Assembly: GCA_021850485.1 (NCBI GenBank)
Contig: JAJZLY010000008.1
Coordinates: 21,879-85,878 of the forward strand
Reading direction: 5' to 3'
DNA length: 64,000 nt
Origin: Bacillota bacterium
GTDB taxonomy: Bacteria; Bacillota; Sulfobacillia; JAJZYS01; JAJZLH01
The stretch's first letter is position 1; every line of letters begins with the position of its first letter. The translations under genes were made by a program, and so were the position numbers. Below are positions 48,135 to 57,537 of this stretch, in pieces. The notes beneath the pieces were generated by a model, which saw only the letters and a program-made list of their open reading frames with translations, was not told where the DNA came from and did no database searches.

Positions 48135-49226
48135 TCATCGATCCGAGAACTCCAGCCGCTGTGAAAGGCCGCACACCACATCGTAGCCGATGGTGGCTGC
48201 CAGCGCGGCCAGTTCATCGGCGAAGATCTGCTCCCTGCCGTCTTGCCCGATCAAGGTGAACAGATCTCCCACCGCCACCGGGCAGTCGGCCGGCAGGCCA
48301 ACTGCCAGCATGTCCATGCTCACCCGCCCCACCACTGGGTAACGCTGAGATCGCCACAGCACCTGCGCCTGGCCGCCTAGTTGGCGGGGGTAGCCGTCGG
48401 CGTAGCCGAGCGGCAAAACGGCGACTTGCATCGGCTGGGCGGCCACATAAGAAAACCCATAGCCCACGCCGTCTCCGGGTTTCAGCCGGTGCACCTGGAC
48501 GGCCCTGGCCAAGAGCCGCAATACCGGCTTCAGGCCTTGGGCAGGGTGCGCCTGGCCGAACGGGCTGAGCCCATAGAGGGCAATGCCCGGCCGCACCAGG
48601 TCGGCCTCAGGAAAACTCAGGCGCAAAACACCCGCTGAATTCAAGGCATGCACCATCGGTGGCCGCTTGGCGATGTTGGTGACGACTTGCCGAAAACGGG
48701 TCAACTGTGCCGCCGCTGCCGGCTGATCGCTGTCAGCCGTAGCGAGGTGGGTGTACAGCCCTTCCAGCCGCAGCCTGCTTTCCCCTTCGATCCTGGCGGC
48801 CACCGCCGGCGCCTGGTCAGGGCTGACGCCCAAGCGGTGCATGCCGGTGTCGACCATCAGGTGCACGGCCAGGCGAGCGTCGGCAGGCACAGCTGAAACC
48901 AGATCGGACAGGCCCGCTGCCTGGTGAATGGTCACCGCCACGTCCGCTCGAGCCAGATCTGAGACGGCATCGGGCGGCAGAGCCCCCAGCACCAAGATCG
49001 GCAATAAGACGCCGTGTGTGCGCAGCGCCAGAGCCTCGTCGGCAGTCGCCACAGCGATTGCCACCGCCCCGGCACGCTCAGCCAGCCGAGCGGCCCACGT
49101 GGCGCCATGGCCGTATGCGTTCGCCTTCAGCACTGCGATCACGCCCCGCCCACCCCTGGCCCCCATCTGCTGCAAATTGGCGGTGAATGCTGCCGCATCC
49201 CGCTCCAGCCATGCCCAGCGCTTCAT
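48135..49226 (-). CDS. alr: Alanine racemase
   Basis: The AVLKANAYGHG PLP-lysine motif and the 363-aa length are typical. Confidence 0.88.
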   Translation of the reverse strand: MKRWAWLERDAAAFTANLQQMGARGGRGVIAVLKANAYGHGATWAARLAERAGAVAIAVATADEALALRTHGVLLPILVLGALPPDAVSDLARADVAVTIHQAAGLSDLVSAVPADARLAVHLMVDTGMHRLGVSPDQAPAVAARIEGESRLRLEGLYTHLATADSDQPAAAAQLTRFRQVVTNIAKRPPMVHALNSAGVLRLSFPEADLVRPGIALYGLSPFGQAHPAQGLKPVLRLLARAVQVHRLKPGDGVGYGFSYVAAQPMQVAVLPLGYADGYPRQLGGQAQVLWRSQRYPVVGRVSMDMLAVGLPADCPVAVGDLFTLIGQDGREQIFADELAALAATIGYDVVCGLSQRLEFSDR

Positions 49227-50695
49227 CGATGCGCCTTCATGGCGGCGGGGATCTGCTCAGCCAGAGCCCGGGCGCCGGCACCTCGCCCACTCACCTCGAA
49301 CAGCCGTTGAGACGCTCTGCCGTGAATCGCCACGGCCTCAGCAGCCGCCCGGTGCGGCGTAGCCTGACGGCCCAGGCATGCTGCGACCAGACCGGCCAGC
49401 ACATCGCCGCTGCCGCCTTGGGCCAAAAGGTCATGGCCGCCGCTGATCAGTGTCGTTTCGCCGCCGCCGGCCACGATGGTGGTCGGACCTTTGAGCAAGA
49501 CTGTGGCCCCGGTCCGCCGGCTGGCCTCTTCGACTTGGAGCAGCAGGGGGCCGGCCAAGTCTGGAAATAGTGCAGCGAACTCTCCCCGATGCGGCGTGAT
49601 CACCAAGCAGGCGGTCTCTTTGGGCCAGCCTAGGCCGTTCGCCAGGTGCCACAGGGCGTCCGCGTCGAGCACCATCTTGTGCCAAGGTGCAGAGAATAAC
49701 GCAGCCAGGAGATATCCCGCCCGCGGACTACGGCCAAGCCCAGGGCCAGCTGCCACCAGGTCAAAGCCGTCTCGGACAGCCGCCAGAAGTGCGAAGGCGG
49801 CGACTTGGTCATCCGGGTGCAGGGCCAGGGTGGTCGCCTCCGGGCAAATCGCCGTGAAGCGCGGCTCCAAGTCCTCATCGATGGCCAGCCGTACCAGCCC
49901 TGCGGCGGCGCGCAAGGCCCCCAGAGTGGTCAGAGCGGCGGCACCGGCCAGACCAGGCGACCCCGCCAAGATCAGGACCCGGCCTCGATCACCCTTGTGA
50001 TCGGTGGTGCGAAATTCAGCTCCTGGCAGCTGATCGACAGTCAGCCATTGCCGCCGGCTGCCCAAGTCCTCGGCCGTCATGCCCAAGTCGGCCAGTTCCA
50101 GCACACCGCAGACATTGGGCCCGTCCCCTAGGAGCAGGCCGGGTTTGAGCGCCCCCAGCGCCACGGTCACGGTTGCCCGCGGACCCCGGCACAGCACCTG
50201 CCCGCTGTCCGGGTCCAGTCCGGACACTAGGTCGCAGGCGACCGCTGGCAGTTCCCAGGCGGCGGCTTGGTCCAGATAGGCCACCATATCCGAGCGCGGG
50301 CGCCCAGAGAGTCCGGTGCCCAGCAGTCCGTCGATCAGTCCGGCCTGGGGATCTGGCGGGTCACCCCACGTGCAGGCGCGCACACCAGGCATCTGCAGCA
50401 ATGTCGCCAGACGGGCCTCGGTCAGCGGTGTGCGGCGCGATGTCGCGGTGTAGACCCGGACCCGGCGTCCCGCTCGAGCCAAGAGGATTCCGGCGCTGAC
50501 GGCGTCAGCGCCGTTGTTGCCGCCACCAACCAAGACAGCGACCTCAGAGCACTGACCAAGATGCCGGCCAAAGGCATCGGCGATCGCCACTGCGGCTTGG
50601 TCCATCAGCGATTCGACGCCAAACCGGCCACTGGCAATCGCCTGAGCTTCAGCCGTTCGCATCTCTGCCTGGGTGAGCACCGGCCACCCGTTCAC
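49223..50695 (-). CDS. nnr: Bifunctional NAD(P)H-hydrate repair enzyme (epimerase / ADP-dependent dehydratase)
   Basis: YjeF-N domain (VLVGGGNNGADA) plus a C-terminal carbohydrate-kinase-like domain. GTG start (VNGWPVLTQAEMR) overlapping the acpS stop as GTGA. Confidence 0.85.
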   Translation of the reverse strand: MNGWPVLTQAEMRTAEAQAIASGRFGVESLMDQAAVAIADAFGRHLGQCSEVAVLVGGGNNGADAVSAGILLARAGRRVRVYTATSRRTPLTEARLATLLQMPGVRACTWGDPPDPQAGLIDGLLGTGLSGRPRSDMVAYLDQAAAWELPAVACDLVSGLDPDSGQVLCRGPRATVTVALGALKPGLLLGDGPNVCGVLELADLGMTAEDLGSRRQWLTVDQLPGAEFRTTDHKGDRGRVLILAGSPGLAGAAALTTLGALRAAAGLVRLAIDEDLEPRFTAICPEATTLALHPDDQVAAFALLAAVRDGFDLVAAGPGLGRSPRAGYLLAALFSAPWHKMVLDADALWHLANGLGWPKETACLVITPHRGEFAALFPDLAGPLLLQVEEASRRTGATVLLKGPTTIVAGGGETTLISGGHDLLAQGGSGDVLAGLVAACLGRQATPHRAAAEAVAIHGRASQRLFEVSGRGAGARALAEQIPAAMKAHR

Positions 50696-51057
50696 GCCTC
50701 CACCACCACCACCGCTACCGCCACCTCTTGGCCATGCGAGAAGGACAGATGCAAGCGGCTGCCACCGAGTGCCTGCAGGCGCTTTTGTAGGCTGCCACTG
50801 AGAGTCACGGTGACACCGCCGGCGTGGCGCACCACCTCCGCTTCTTGCCAACGGGCCCGGGCGGCGCCCACGCCTAAGGCTTTGAAGGTCGCCTCCTTGG
50901 CTGCGAAGCGGGCGGCCAGGCGCGAAGCGGCCTGGTGCCCTGCACCGGCATAGGTGCGTTCGCGCTCAGTGAAGCAGCGCGCCAAAAACTGTGGCCGGCG
51001 ACTGGCCCGCTCGATGCGGGCGATCTCCGTGACGTCGATGCCGACTCCCAAAATCAC
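50692..51057 (-). CDS. acpS: Holo-[acyl-carrier-protein] synthase
   Basis: 121 aa. MILGVGIDVTEIARIE N-terminus and an FAAKEATFKALG block. Confidence 0.85.
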   Translation of the reverse strand: MILGVGIDVTEIARIERASRRPQFLARCFTERERTYAGAGHQAASRLAARFAAKEATFKALGVGAARARWQEAEVVRHAGGVTVTLSGSLQKRLQALGGSRLHLSFSHGQEVAVAVVVVEA

Positions 51058-51251
51058 ACCAAATCCCCTTCCTCTGCTGCTTCAGCGATTCCACAGTCGC
51101 CATCGCCCCCCCTTGTCGGCTGGCGTCATCGGGCGCACATTGGCCATTGCGACATGCGCACCCTTTGCATCTAGCCAGGACCAAGACAGGTGCGCAGCAG
51201 CAGTCGGTGGAAGGTGAGACCTGATCAGCGACAGACTGGAGCGGACTGATC

Positions 51252-52199
51252 GTGCCGATCAGGTCCGATGAGGGGGCTTCTTGCGGCGTGGCCAGCCAGA
51301 TCCGGTTGCACAAACTGACCAAGCGGTATGGCACCGTAACGGCTGTTGACGACCTGTCCCTCACCATCTCCGCGCTCGGCGTGTTCGGCCTGCTCGGCCC
51401 CAACGGGGCAGGCAAGACCACCACCCTGGAGATGATCGAGGGCCTGCGCCAGCCCGACTCGGGCGAGGTGTGGTTTGGCAGCCTGGACGTTGTTCGCCAT
51501 CCGCAGCAGGCCAAGGCCCGCTTCGGGATCCAGCTGCAGACCTCGTCGTTCTTCGACCTGCTGACGGTGGCGGAAACGCTCGACCTGTTCGCCAGTTTCT
51601 ACCCCAAGCGGCTTGCAACGGCGGAGTTGATCGCCCGCTTCGACCTCGGCGAGAAGGCCCAGGCTCAGGTGAAGACGCTATCTGGCGGCCAGCGCCAGCG
51701 GCTCGCCCTGGCCGCCGCCATGGTCAACGACCCAGAGGTGGTGTTTTTGGATGAGCCATCTGCCGGCCTCGACCCCCAGGCCAGGCGTCACCTTTGGGAG
51801 CTGGTGCACGGCCTCAGGGACGAGGGCCGCACCGTTGTCCTCACCACCCACTACATGGAGGAGGCTGAGACCCTGTGCGACGAACTGGCGATCATCGACC
51901 ACGGCCGCATCCTGGCCACCGGCCGGCCCAAGGAATTGATCTCGGAACGGATGCCGGGAGCGCTGATCGAACTCGCCCCTGACACAGCCCTTCCTGCTCA
52001 GCCGCATTTCGCCGCCATGACCGCCCTGGATCGCACCAAGGACGCCATTACGATTCACAGCTCGGATCTCTCGAAGACACTGGTGGATCTCGTTTCCTGG
52101 GCTTCGCAGTCCACGGTGGATCTGGCTGGCATTCGCACCAGAAGTTCGACGCTGGAGGATTTGTTTCTCAGTCTTACCGGCCGGAGCCTGCGCGAATGA
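51252..52199 (+). CDS. ABC transporter ATP-binding protein (ABC-2 exporter ATPase)
   Basis: Walker A GPNGAGKTTT, signature LSGGQRQRL and Walker B VFLDEPSAGLD. GTG start. Confidence 0.85.
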   Translation: MPIRSDEGASCGVASQIRLHKLTKRYGTVTAVDDLSLTISALGVFGLLGPNGAGKTTTLEMIEGLRQPDSGEVWFGSLDVVRHPQQAKARFGIQLQTSSFFDLLTVAETLDLFASFYPKRLATAELIARFDLGEKAQAQVKTLSGGQRQRLALAAAMVNDPEVVFLDEPSAGLDPQARRHLWELVHGLRDEGRTVVLTTHYMEEAETLCDELAIIDHGRILATGRPKELISERMPGALIELAPDTALPAQPHFAAMTALDRTKDAITIHSSDLSKTLVDLVSWASQSTVDLAGIRTRSSTLEDLFLSLTGRSLRE

Positions 52200-53272
52200 G
52201 GGCCGTTCTGGCGCTGGTCCGGGCGCTGTTTCGCAGTTTCACGCGCAATCGGCAGGGCCTATTCTGGAGCCTGTTTTTCCCGGTGGTGCTGATGTTGGTG
52301 TTCGGGCTCTTGGGCAAGACCCAGGCCGTCAACGTGAAGCTTGCCGTCGCCGGGGGCAGTCCAGCGTTTCGCGAAGAGGTGAGCCGGTCTCTGTCCCGAT
52401 CCACGATCTTCACCGTCACGCAGATGGCGCCGACGGCCGCCCTCTCGGCCGTCCGCAGTGGTTCCGAGGATGCCGAAATGCTGCTCCCGGCCAACGCCGT
52501 GGTCGGTCAGCCGGCCGTCATCCAGCTCTACTACAACAACGCCAACCAGGTGTCGGCCGGACAAACGGTCGGCGCCGTGCAACAGGCGGTCAGCCAGATC
52601 AATGTCGTCCTCTCCGGCCGCCCTCCGGCCCTGACCGTCGCCGCACAGCCCGTTTCAGGCAGTCGCGCCTTTTCCTACTTGGATTTCTTGCTGCCTGGTC
52701 TGATCGCCCTCACCATCATGCAGGGCAGCCTCTTCGGCCTGGCCACGGCGCTCACCCGCTGGAAGGAGCAGGGCGTGCTCAGGCGGTTTTTGGCGACGCC
52801 ACTGCGGCCGGTCCAGTTCTTAGGCGCGACGGTGATCAACTACATGCTCACCAACCTGGCCAACACGGTGATCATCGCCGCCATCGGCATCTTGTTCCTG
52901 CACGCCACCGTCCAGCTGCCGCTCGCTCCCCTGCTGCTGGCCGTGCTCTTGGGCCTCGCCGCCTTCATCAGCATCGGCTTTTTGGTGGCCGGCCAAGCCA
53001 AGAGCCAGGAGGCGGTGATCCCGCTCGTGAACCTGATCTCCTTCCCGATGATGTTTTTGTCTGGCGTCTTCTTCTCGCCAGCCTCGTTGCCCAAGTTCCT
53101 GGCCGTTGTGGTCAGCTTCTTTCCGCTCACCTATCTCGCCAACGCTGTGCGCGGCCTGATGTCCGGCCAGCTGACCGGCACCTCTGGAGCGCTGTGGGGC
53201 GACTTAGCCGGCCTCTTGGCCTGGACATTGTTGTGCGGCCTGATCGCCAGCCGCACCTGGCGCTGGGAGTAG
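52196..53272 (+). CDS. ABC-2 type transporter permease
   Basis: 358 aa. Translationally coupled (ATGA) to the ATPase gene. N-terminal TM, a large extracytoplasmic loop, then five TM helices. Confidence 0.75.
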   Translation: MRAVLALVRALFRSFTRNRQGLFWSLFFPVVLMLVFGLLGKTQAVNVKLAVAGGSPAFREEVSRSLSRSTIFTVTQMAPTAALSAVRSGSEDAEMLLPANAVVGQPAVIQLYYNNANQVSAGQTVGAVQQAVSQINVVLSGRPPALTVAAQPVSGSRAFSYLDFLLPGLIALTIMQGSLFGLATALTRWKEQGVLRRFLATPLRPVQFLGATVINYMLTNLANTVIIAAIGILFLHATVQLPLAPLLLAVLLGLAAFISIGFLVAGQAKSQEAVIPLVNLISFPMMFLSGVFFSPASLPKFLAVVVSFFPLTYLANAVRGLMSGQLTGTSGALWGDLAGLLAWTLLCGLIASRTWRWE

Positions 53273-53291
53273 AACCTGACACTGCGCCCGC

Positions 53292-54473
53292 TTGGGCCAG
53301 CGCCCCAACTTCTCGCAGAAGGGATCGAGGCATCTGTACGATCTGGTCATCGTTGGGGCCGGGGTCTGGGGCTCGTCGGCAGCGCTCTCTGCGCTGCGCC
53401 AGGGCGCCAAGAGTGTGCTGTTGCTGGAAGCGGACATTGGGGCGGCTCAGCGGACCAGCGCCAAGAGCGGCGGCATTGTCACCGACTTGATCTGGCACCC
53501 GCACGACCGCCAGCTGGTGGCGCGTAGCCGCCTTTTGTTCCAGGAGGCAGCCGAGGGCGCAGGTGATGCCCACTTGTGGCAGGCGGCTGGCATGCTGACC
53601 CTGGGCGGTCCGAGACAGGCGGCACTGTTCTCGGCCCGCCGCGCTGAGCTCAGCGAGCGGTCGATCGCAGTCGCGCTGATGGATCGCACGGGCCTGCAAC
53701 ACCAGTTTCCCGCGCTCGATCGGCTGGCCGACGACACCATCGCGCTGTACACACCACAAGACTGGCACGTCAATCCCACCGCCTACGCTGTTCAGGCCGT
53801 CAGTGCGGCCCGTCGGCTCGGGCTTGAGGTCCGGATGGCAACGCCGGTCCGCCGCCTCGAAGTGCTGGCGGACTCGGTGACGGTGCACCTGGCCGACCAG
53901 GATCCGGTTTCGGCGGCCCGGGTCCTGGTCTGCGCTGGCACCTGGTCGCGCCAGTTGCTGCGCACGGCCGGGGTCGACATCGCCTTGCGCCCTTATCGCA
54001 CCCAACTCTCCTCGGTCCGCTTCGGCCGCCCCCACGATCTACCGATCGTCTGGCACCTGGATACCGATCTGTACCTGGTGCCCGAGGGCGGCCAGGACAT
54101 GTTGGCTGGCGACGGCACCGAATCTGTCGAATCCGACCCCGAGAGCTTCCGCCAAGCTGGGGATGCCGACTTTTTAGCCAGTGTGGCCGAACGGATCGTC
54201 GATCTGACCAGCCGCGGTGATGGAGCCGGAATCCGCACGGCTTGGGCCGGTCTTTGCGGTGCGACGCCGGACCGCCGTCCGCTGCTCGGCCGTCTCGCTC
54301 CGCACCTGTATTGCGCCTGCGGCGATCAGGGCATTGGCGTGATGCGCGGACCGGCGCTCGGTGAGCTGGCGGCCGCCGTGGCCCTGGAGCACACTGAGGT
54401 GCCAGAGTTGGATCCATTGCGCTTTGCGGCAGCTGATTTCCCGATTCGGGGCGGCTTCACCTTAGAGGCATAG
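53292..54473 (+). CDS. FAD-dependent oxidoreductase (DAO / glycine-sarcosine oxidase-like family)
   Basis: YDLVIVGAGVWGSSAA dinucleotide-binding motif. 393 aa. The start codon is uncertain (TTG). Confidence 0.75.
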   Translation: MGQRPNFSQKGSRHLYDLVIVGAGVWGSSAALSALRQGAKSVLLLEADIGAAQRTSAKSGGIVTDLIWHPHDRQLVARSRLLFQEAAEGAGDAHLWQAAGMLTLGGPRQAALFSARRAELSERSIAVALMDRTGLQHQFPALDRLADDTIALYTPQDWHVNPTAYAVQAVSAARRLGLEVRMATPVRRLEVLADSVTVHLADQDPVSAARVLVCAGTWSRQLLRTAGVDIALRPYRTQLSSVRFGRPHDLPIVWHLDTDLYLVPEGGQDMLAGDGTESVESDPESFRQAGDADFLASVAERIVDLTSRGDGAGIRTAWAGLCGATPDRRPLLGRLAPHLYCACGDQGIGVMRGPALGELAAAVALEHTEVPELDPLRFAAADFPIRGGFTLEA

Positions 54474-54585
54474 GCGGCTGCTAGGCCCGTTCTTACATCG
54501 GCCTGACTGCGGTCTGCCCGGCCCCGTCCGCATTGACCCAGGCGCTTAGCTCAGCCTAGAATCATGCCCATACCGCCAGCGCCCC

Positions 54586-57030
54586 TTGGAGGAGGATTTT
54601 CCGATCGACGACACCTATCGCCCGCAGAGCATCGAGCCGCGCTGGCAAGCGCGCTGGCAGGCTGCGGGCATCGGAGAGGTTGACCTTGGTGGCGCCCGGC
54701 GCCCGTACTACAACCTGATGATGTTCCCCTACCCTTCAGCGGAGGGACTGCACGTCGGAAACGTCTTCGCCTTCACTGGGGCGGACATCCACGGCAGGCT
54801 GCGCACCATGCAAGGCTACGACGTGTTTGAACCGATGGGCTTTGACGCCTTTGGCATCCACAGTGAGAACACCGCCATTAAGCAGGGTATCCACCCCAAG
54901 AAGCTGGTCGCCGCCAACACCCGAAACTTCCGCCGCCAGTTGGAGCGGCTGGGCGGCCGCTTCGCCTGGTCGCACACCTTGGACTCGACCGATCCCGCCT
55001 ACTATCGGTGGACCCAGTGGATCTTCCTCAAGCTGTTTCAGGCTGGCCTCGCCTATCGCAAGCAGGCGCCCGTCAACTGGTGTCCGTCTTGTCGGACAGT
55101 GCTCGCCGATGAGCAGGTGATCTCGGGTCACTGCGAGCGGTGCGACAGCATGGTCGAACAGCGCAGTCTGGAACAGTGGTTTTTCCGCATCACCGCCTAC
55201 GCCGACCGCCTGCTCGACCACCTGCCCGACATGGACTGGTCCGAGGTGATCAAAACCGCCCAGACCAACTGGATCGGCCGCAGCACCGGGGCCAGCCTGA
55301 CCTTTGCGGTAGAGGCACCAGCGGTTGGGCAGATCGAAGTCTTCACCACCAGACCAGATACGCTCTACGGAGCCACCTTCCTCACTCTGGCTCCGAGCCA
55401 CCCGCTGGCGCTTGCCATTGCCACCGCCGACTATCGGCCGGCGGTTTTGGCCTACATCGAGCAGGCGGCCCAGACTCCCTCGGCAGAGGCAGACGGCGAA
55501 CGGGCCAAGACCGGTGTCAGGACCGGTGCCTTCGCCCGCCATCCTTTGACCGGAGAGGCCCTGCCGATCCTGGTCGCAGACTATGTGCTAGGCGGCTACG
55601 GCACCGGTGCGGTGATGGGCGTACCGGGCCACGATCAGCGCGATTTCGCCTTCGCCCAGGCCATGGGTCTTCCGATCCGGCGGGTGATCTCCCCCTCCGC
55701 CGAAGAGGACAGTCCTTTGGCCGAAGCGTTCACCGCCGAGTCTGGAGTGCTGGTTCATTCCGGCCCCTACAGCGGACTGAGCGTGGCCGAAGGGAAGGCT
55801 GCGATCATCGCCCGAGCCGAGCAAGACGCCTTCGGCACCGCCAAGACCACGTACCATCTCAGGGACTGGCTGATCTCGCGCCAGCGCTACTGGGGCCCGC
55901 CCATTCCCATCGTCTACTGCGATCACTGCGGCGCGGTCGGCGTAGCAGAATCGGATCTGCCTGTCTTGCTGCCTGAAACCGACGACTACGTTCCGCAGGG
56001 TACGGGCGCTTCGCCGCTGGCCTCGATCCCGGCCTTTGTGAACACCAGCTGCCCGCGTTGCCAGGGACCCGCCCGGCGGGAGACCGACGTGTCAGACAAC
56101 TTCTTGTGCTCGTCTTGGTACTTCTTGCGCTACCCGTCTCACCCGGACGTCACCGATCGGCCCTACGACCAAACCCTGATCGACAAGTGGCTGCCCGTGG
56201 ACAGCTACATCGGCGGCAAAGAGCACGCTGTCTTGCACCTGCTTTATACCCGCTTCATCTGCATGGCCCTATCCGACCTCGGTCTGCTTCCCTTTGAGGA
56301 GCCGTTTTTGCGCTTTCGCGCCCATGGCACGATCACGTTTCAAGGCGGCAAGATGTCCAAGTCCCGAGGCAACGTGGTCACGCCGGACGACCTGTTCGAT
56401 CGCTACGGCGCCGACACGACCCGTCTGTACCTGATGTTCCTCGGCCCCTACCAGGAAGGCGGCGACTACTCCGAGCGCAACATCGAGGGCATCTGGCGCT
56501 TTTTGCAGCGCGTCCACCGCCTGGTTGCGCAGAGCACCAACGGGCCCCGGGCCTGCGCCGCTCCCCATCTGGCGGACCTGCACCGGGTGGTGAAGCGGGT
56601 GACAGAAGACTTGGAGACCCTGAAGTACAACACCGCGATCGCTGCCTTGATGGAGTACAACAACCTGCTCAGGCAGCGAGAGGATGCAATCTCGCATCAG
56701 GAGCTGGCCACCTTCACCCTGCTGCTGGCACCCTTGGCGCCGCATCTGGCCGAAGAGCTGTGGCAAGCCCTGGGCGGCGCCTTCTCCGTGCACGAGCAGC
56801 CATTTCCGACCTACGATCCGGCACAGCTGGTGGAAGCTACCGCCACAATTGTGGTGCAGGTGGACGGGCGGGTGCGGGAGCGCTTGACCGTGCCAGCCGG
56901 CACCTCTCAGGCCGAGGTGCGCCGGCAGGCGCTGGAGCTGGAGGCGGTGCAGCGCCATCTGGCCGACGCCGAGGTGGCGCGCGTGGTGTTCGTACCGGAT
57001 CGGCTGTTGAACATCGTGCGGGAGGACTGA
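54586..57030 (+). CDS. leuS: Leucine--tRNA ligase
   Basis: 814 aa. HVGN (HIGH-type) motif, CP1 editing domain, KMSKS (GGKMSKSRGNVV) and zinc-knuckle cysteines. The exact start near the GGAGGAGG is uncertain. Confidence 0.92.
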   Translation: MEEDFPIDDTYRPQSIEPRWQARWQAAGIGEVDLGGARRPYYNLMMFPYPSAEGLHVGNVFAFTGADIHGRLRTMQGYDVFEPMGFDAFGIHSENTAIKQGIHPKKLVAANTRNFRRQLERLGGRFAWSHTLDSTDPAYYRWTQWIFLKLFQAGLAYRKQAPVNWCPSCRTVLADEQVISGHCERCDSMVEQRSLEQWFFRITAYADRLLDHLPDMDWSEVIKTAQTNWIGRSTGASLTFAVEAPAVGQIEVFTTRPDTLYGATFLTLAPSHPLALAIATADYRPAVLAYIEQAAQTPSAEADGERAKTGVRTGAFARHPLTGEALPILVADYVLGGYGTGAVMGVPGHDQRDFAFAQAMGLPIRRVISPSAEEDSPLAEAFTAESGVLVHSGPYSGLSVAEGKAAIIARAEQDAFGTAKTTYHLRDWLISRQRYWGPPIPIVYCDHCGAVGVAESDLPVLLPETDDYVPQGTGASPLASIPAFVNTSCPRCQGPARRETDVSDNFLCSSWYFLRYPSHPDVTDRPYDQTLIDKWLPVDSYIGGKEHAVLHLLYTRFICMALSDLGLLPFEEPFLRFRAHGTITFQGGKMSKSRGNVVTPDDLFDRYGADTTRLYLMFLGPYQEGGDYSERNIEGIWRFLQRVHRLVAQSTNGPRACAAPHLADLHRVVKRVTEDLETLKYNTAIAALMEYNNLLRQREDAISHQELATFTLLLAPLAPHLAEELWQALGGAFSVHEQPFPTYDPAQLVEATATIVVQVDGRVRERLTVPAGTSQAEVRRQALELEAVQRHLADAEVARVVFVPDRLLNIVRED

Positions 57031-57033
57031 CCC

Positions 57034-57507
57034 ATGGCTTCGGTTGGGACTCAGACCACCGGCAGAGCGCTACGCGCCAGTGCGGCCTCGATGGTCGGGC
57101 TGCTTTTGGTCCAGTTCGCCGTCGGCATCTACGTCAATGTGTTTGTCCGAATTCCGCCGCCACCGGCGGCTGGCGGCATGATGGGGGCGATGGGCGCCAT
57201 GATGTCCGTCATGTCGCCGATGGTCATGCTGCACGCCATGCTCGGCGTATTGCTCGTGGCGGCCGGCGTGGTCACCGTTGCCACTGCCGCCGCCTTAGGC
57301 AGGCGTCGCAAGGCCCTGACCTGGTCCGTGGCCGGCTTGGTGTTCTTGCTGATCGCCGGCTACTTCGGATTGCGGTTTTTGTTCTTCGGTCAGCACAACG
57401 CCGACTCATTTCTGATGGCCATGGCCTGGCTCGGGTCGCTCTCCGCCTTCCTTTCAGTCTGGCTGGATGCGATCCGCGCCGATGCACCTGCGGCCATCGG
57501 CCGCTGA
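57034..57507 (+). CDS. Small 4-TM membrane protein with a Met-rich extracytoplasmic loop
   Basis: ATG 3 nt after the leuS stop. Loop PPPPAAGGMMGAMGAMMSVMSPMVM lies between TM1 and TM2. Amino-acid composition is consistent with coding. Confidence 0.5.
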   Translation: MASVGTQTTGRALRASAASMVGLLLVQFAVGIYVNVFVRIPPPPAAGGMMGAMGAMMSVMSPMVMLHAMLGVLLVAAGVVTVATAAALGRRRKALTWSVAGLVFLLIAGYFGLRFLFFGQHNADSFLMAMAWLGSLSAFLSVWLDAIRADAPAAIGR

Positions 57508-57537
57508 GTCACGCTGGCGGCTCGGCGCTGACGCCAC

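Noticed and set aside
53127-54417. Long Arg/Pro/Gly-rich ORFs antisense to the FAD oxidoreductase and ABC permease genes. Similar cases occur at 613-1200, 997-1569, 3476-4096, 20350-20877, 55140-55976, 56760-57680, 58532-59128 and 62075-62695.
   Set aside because: These are typical shadow ORFs of a ~68% GC genome. Composition is Arg/Pro/Gly-biased with no motifs. Each overlaps a well-supported gene on the other strand or in another frame.
54474-54585. Possible T-box leader upstream of leuS
   Set aside because: The intergenic region is only about 110 nt with no specifier or T-box consensus (AATTAGGGTGGNACCGCG). It is too short for a T-box.
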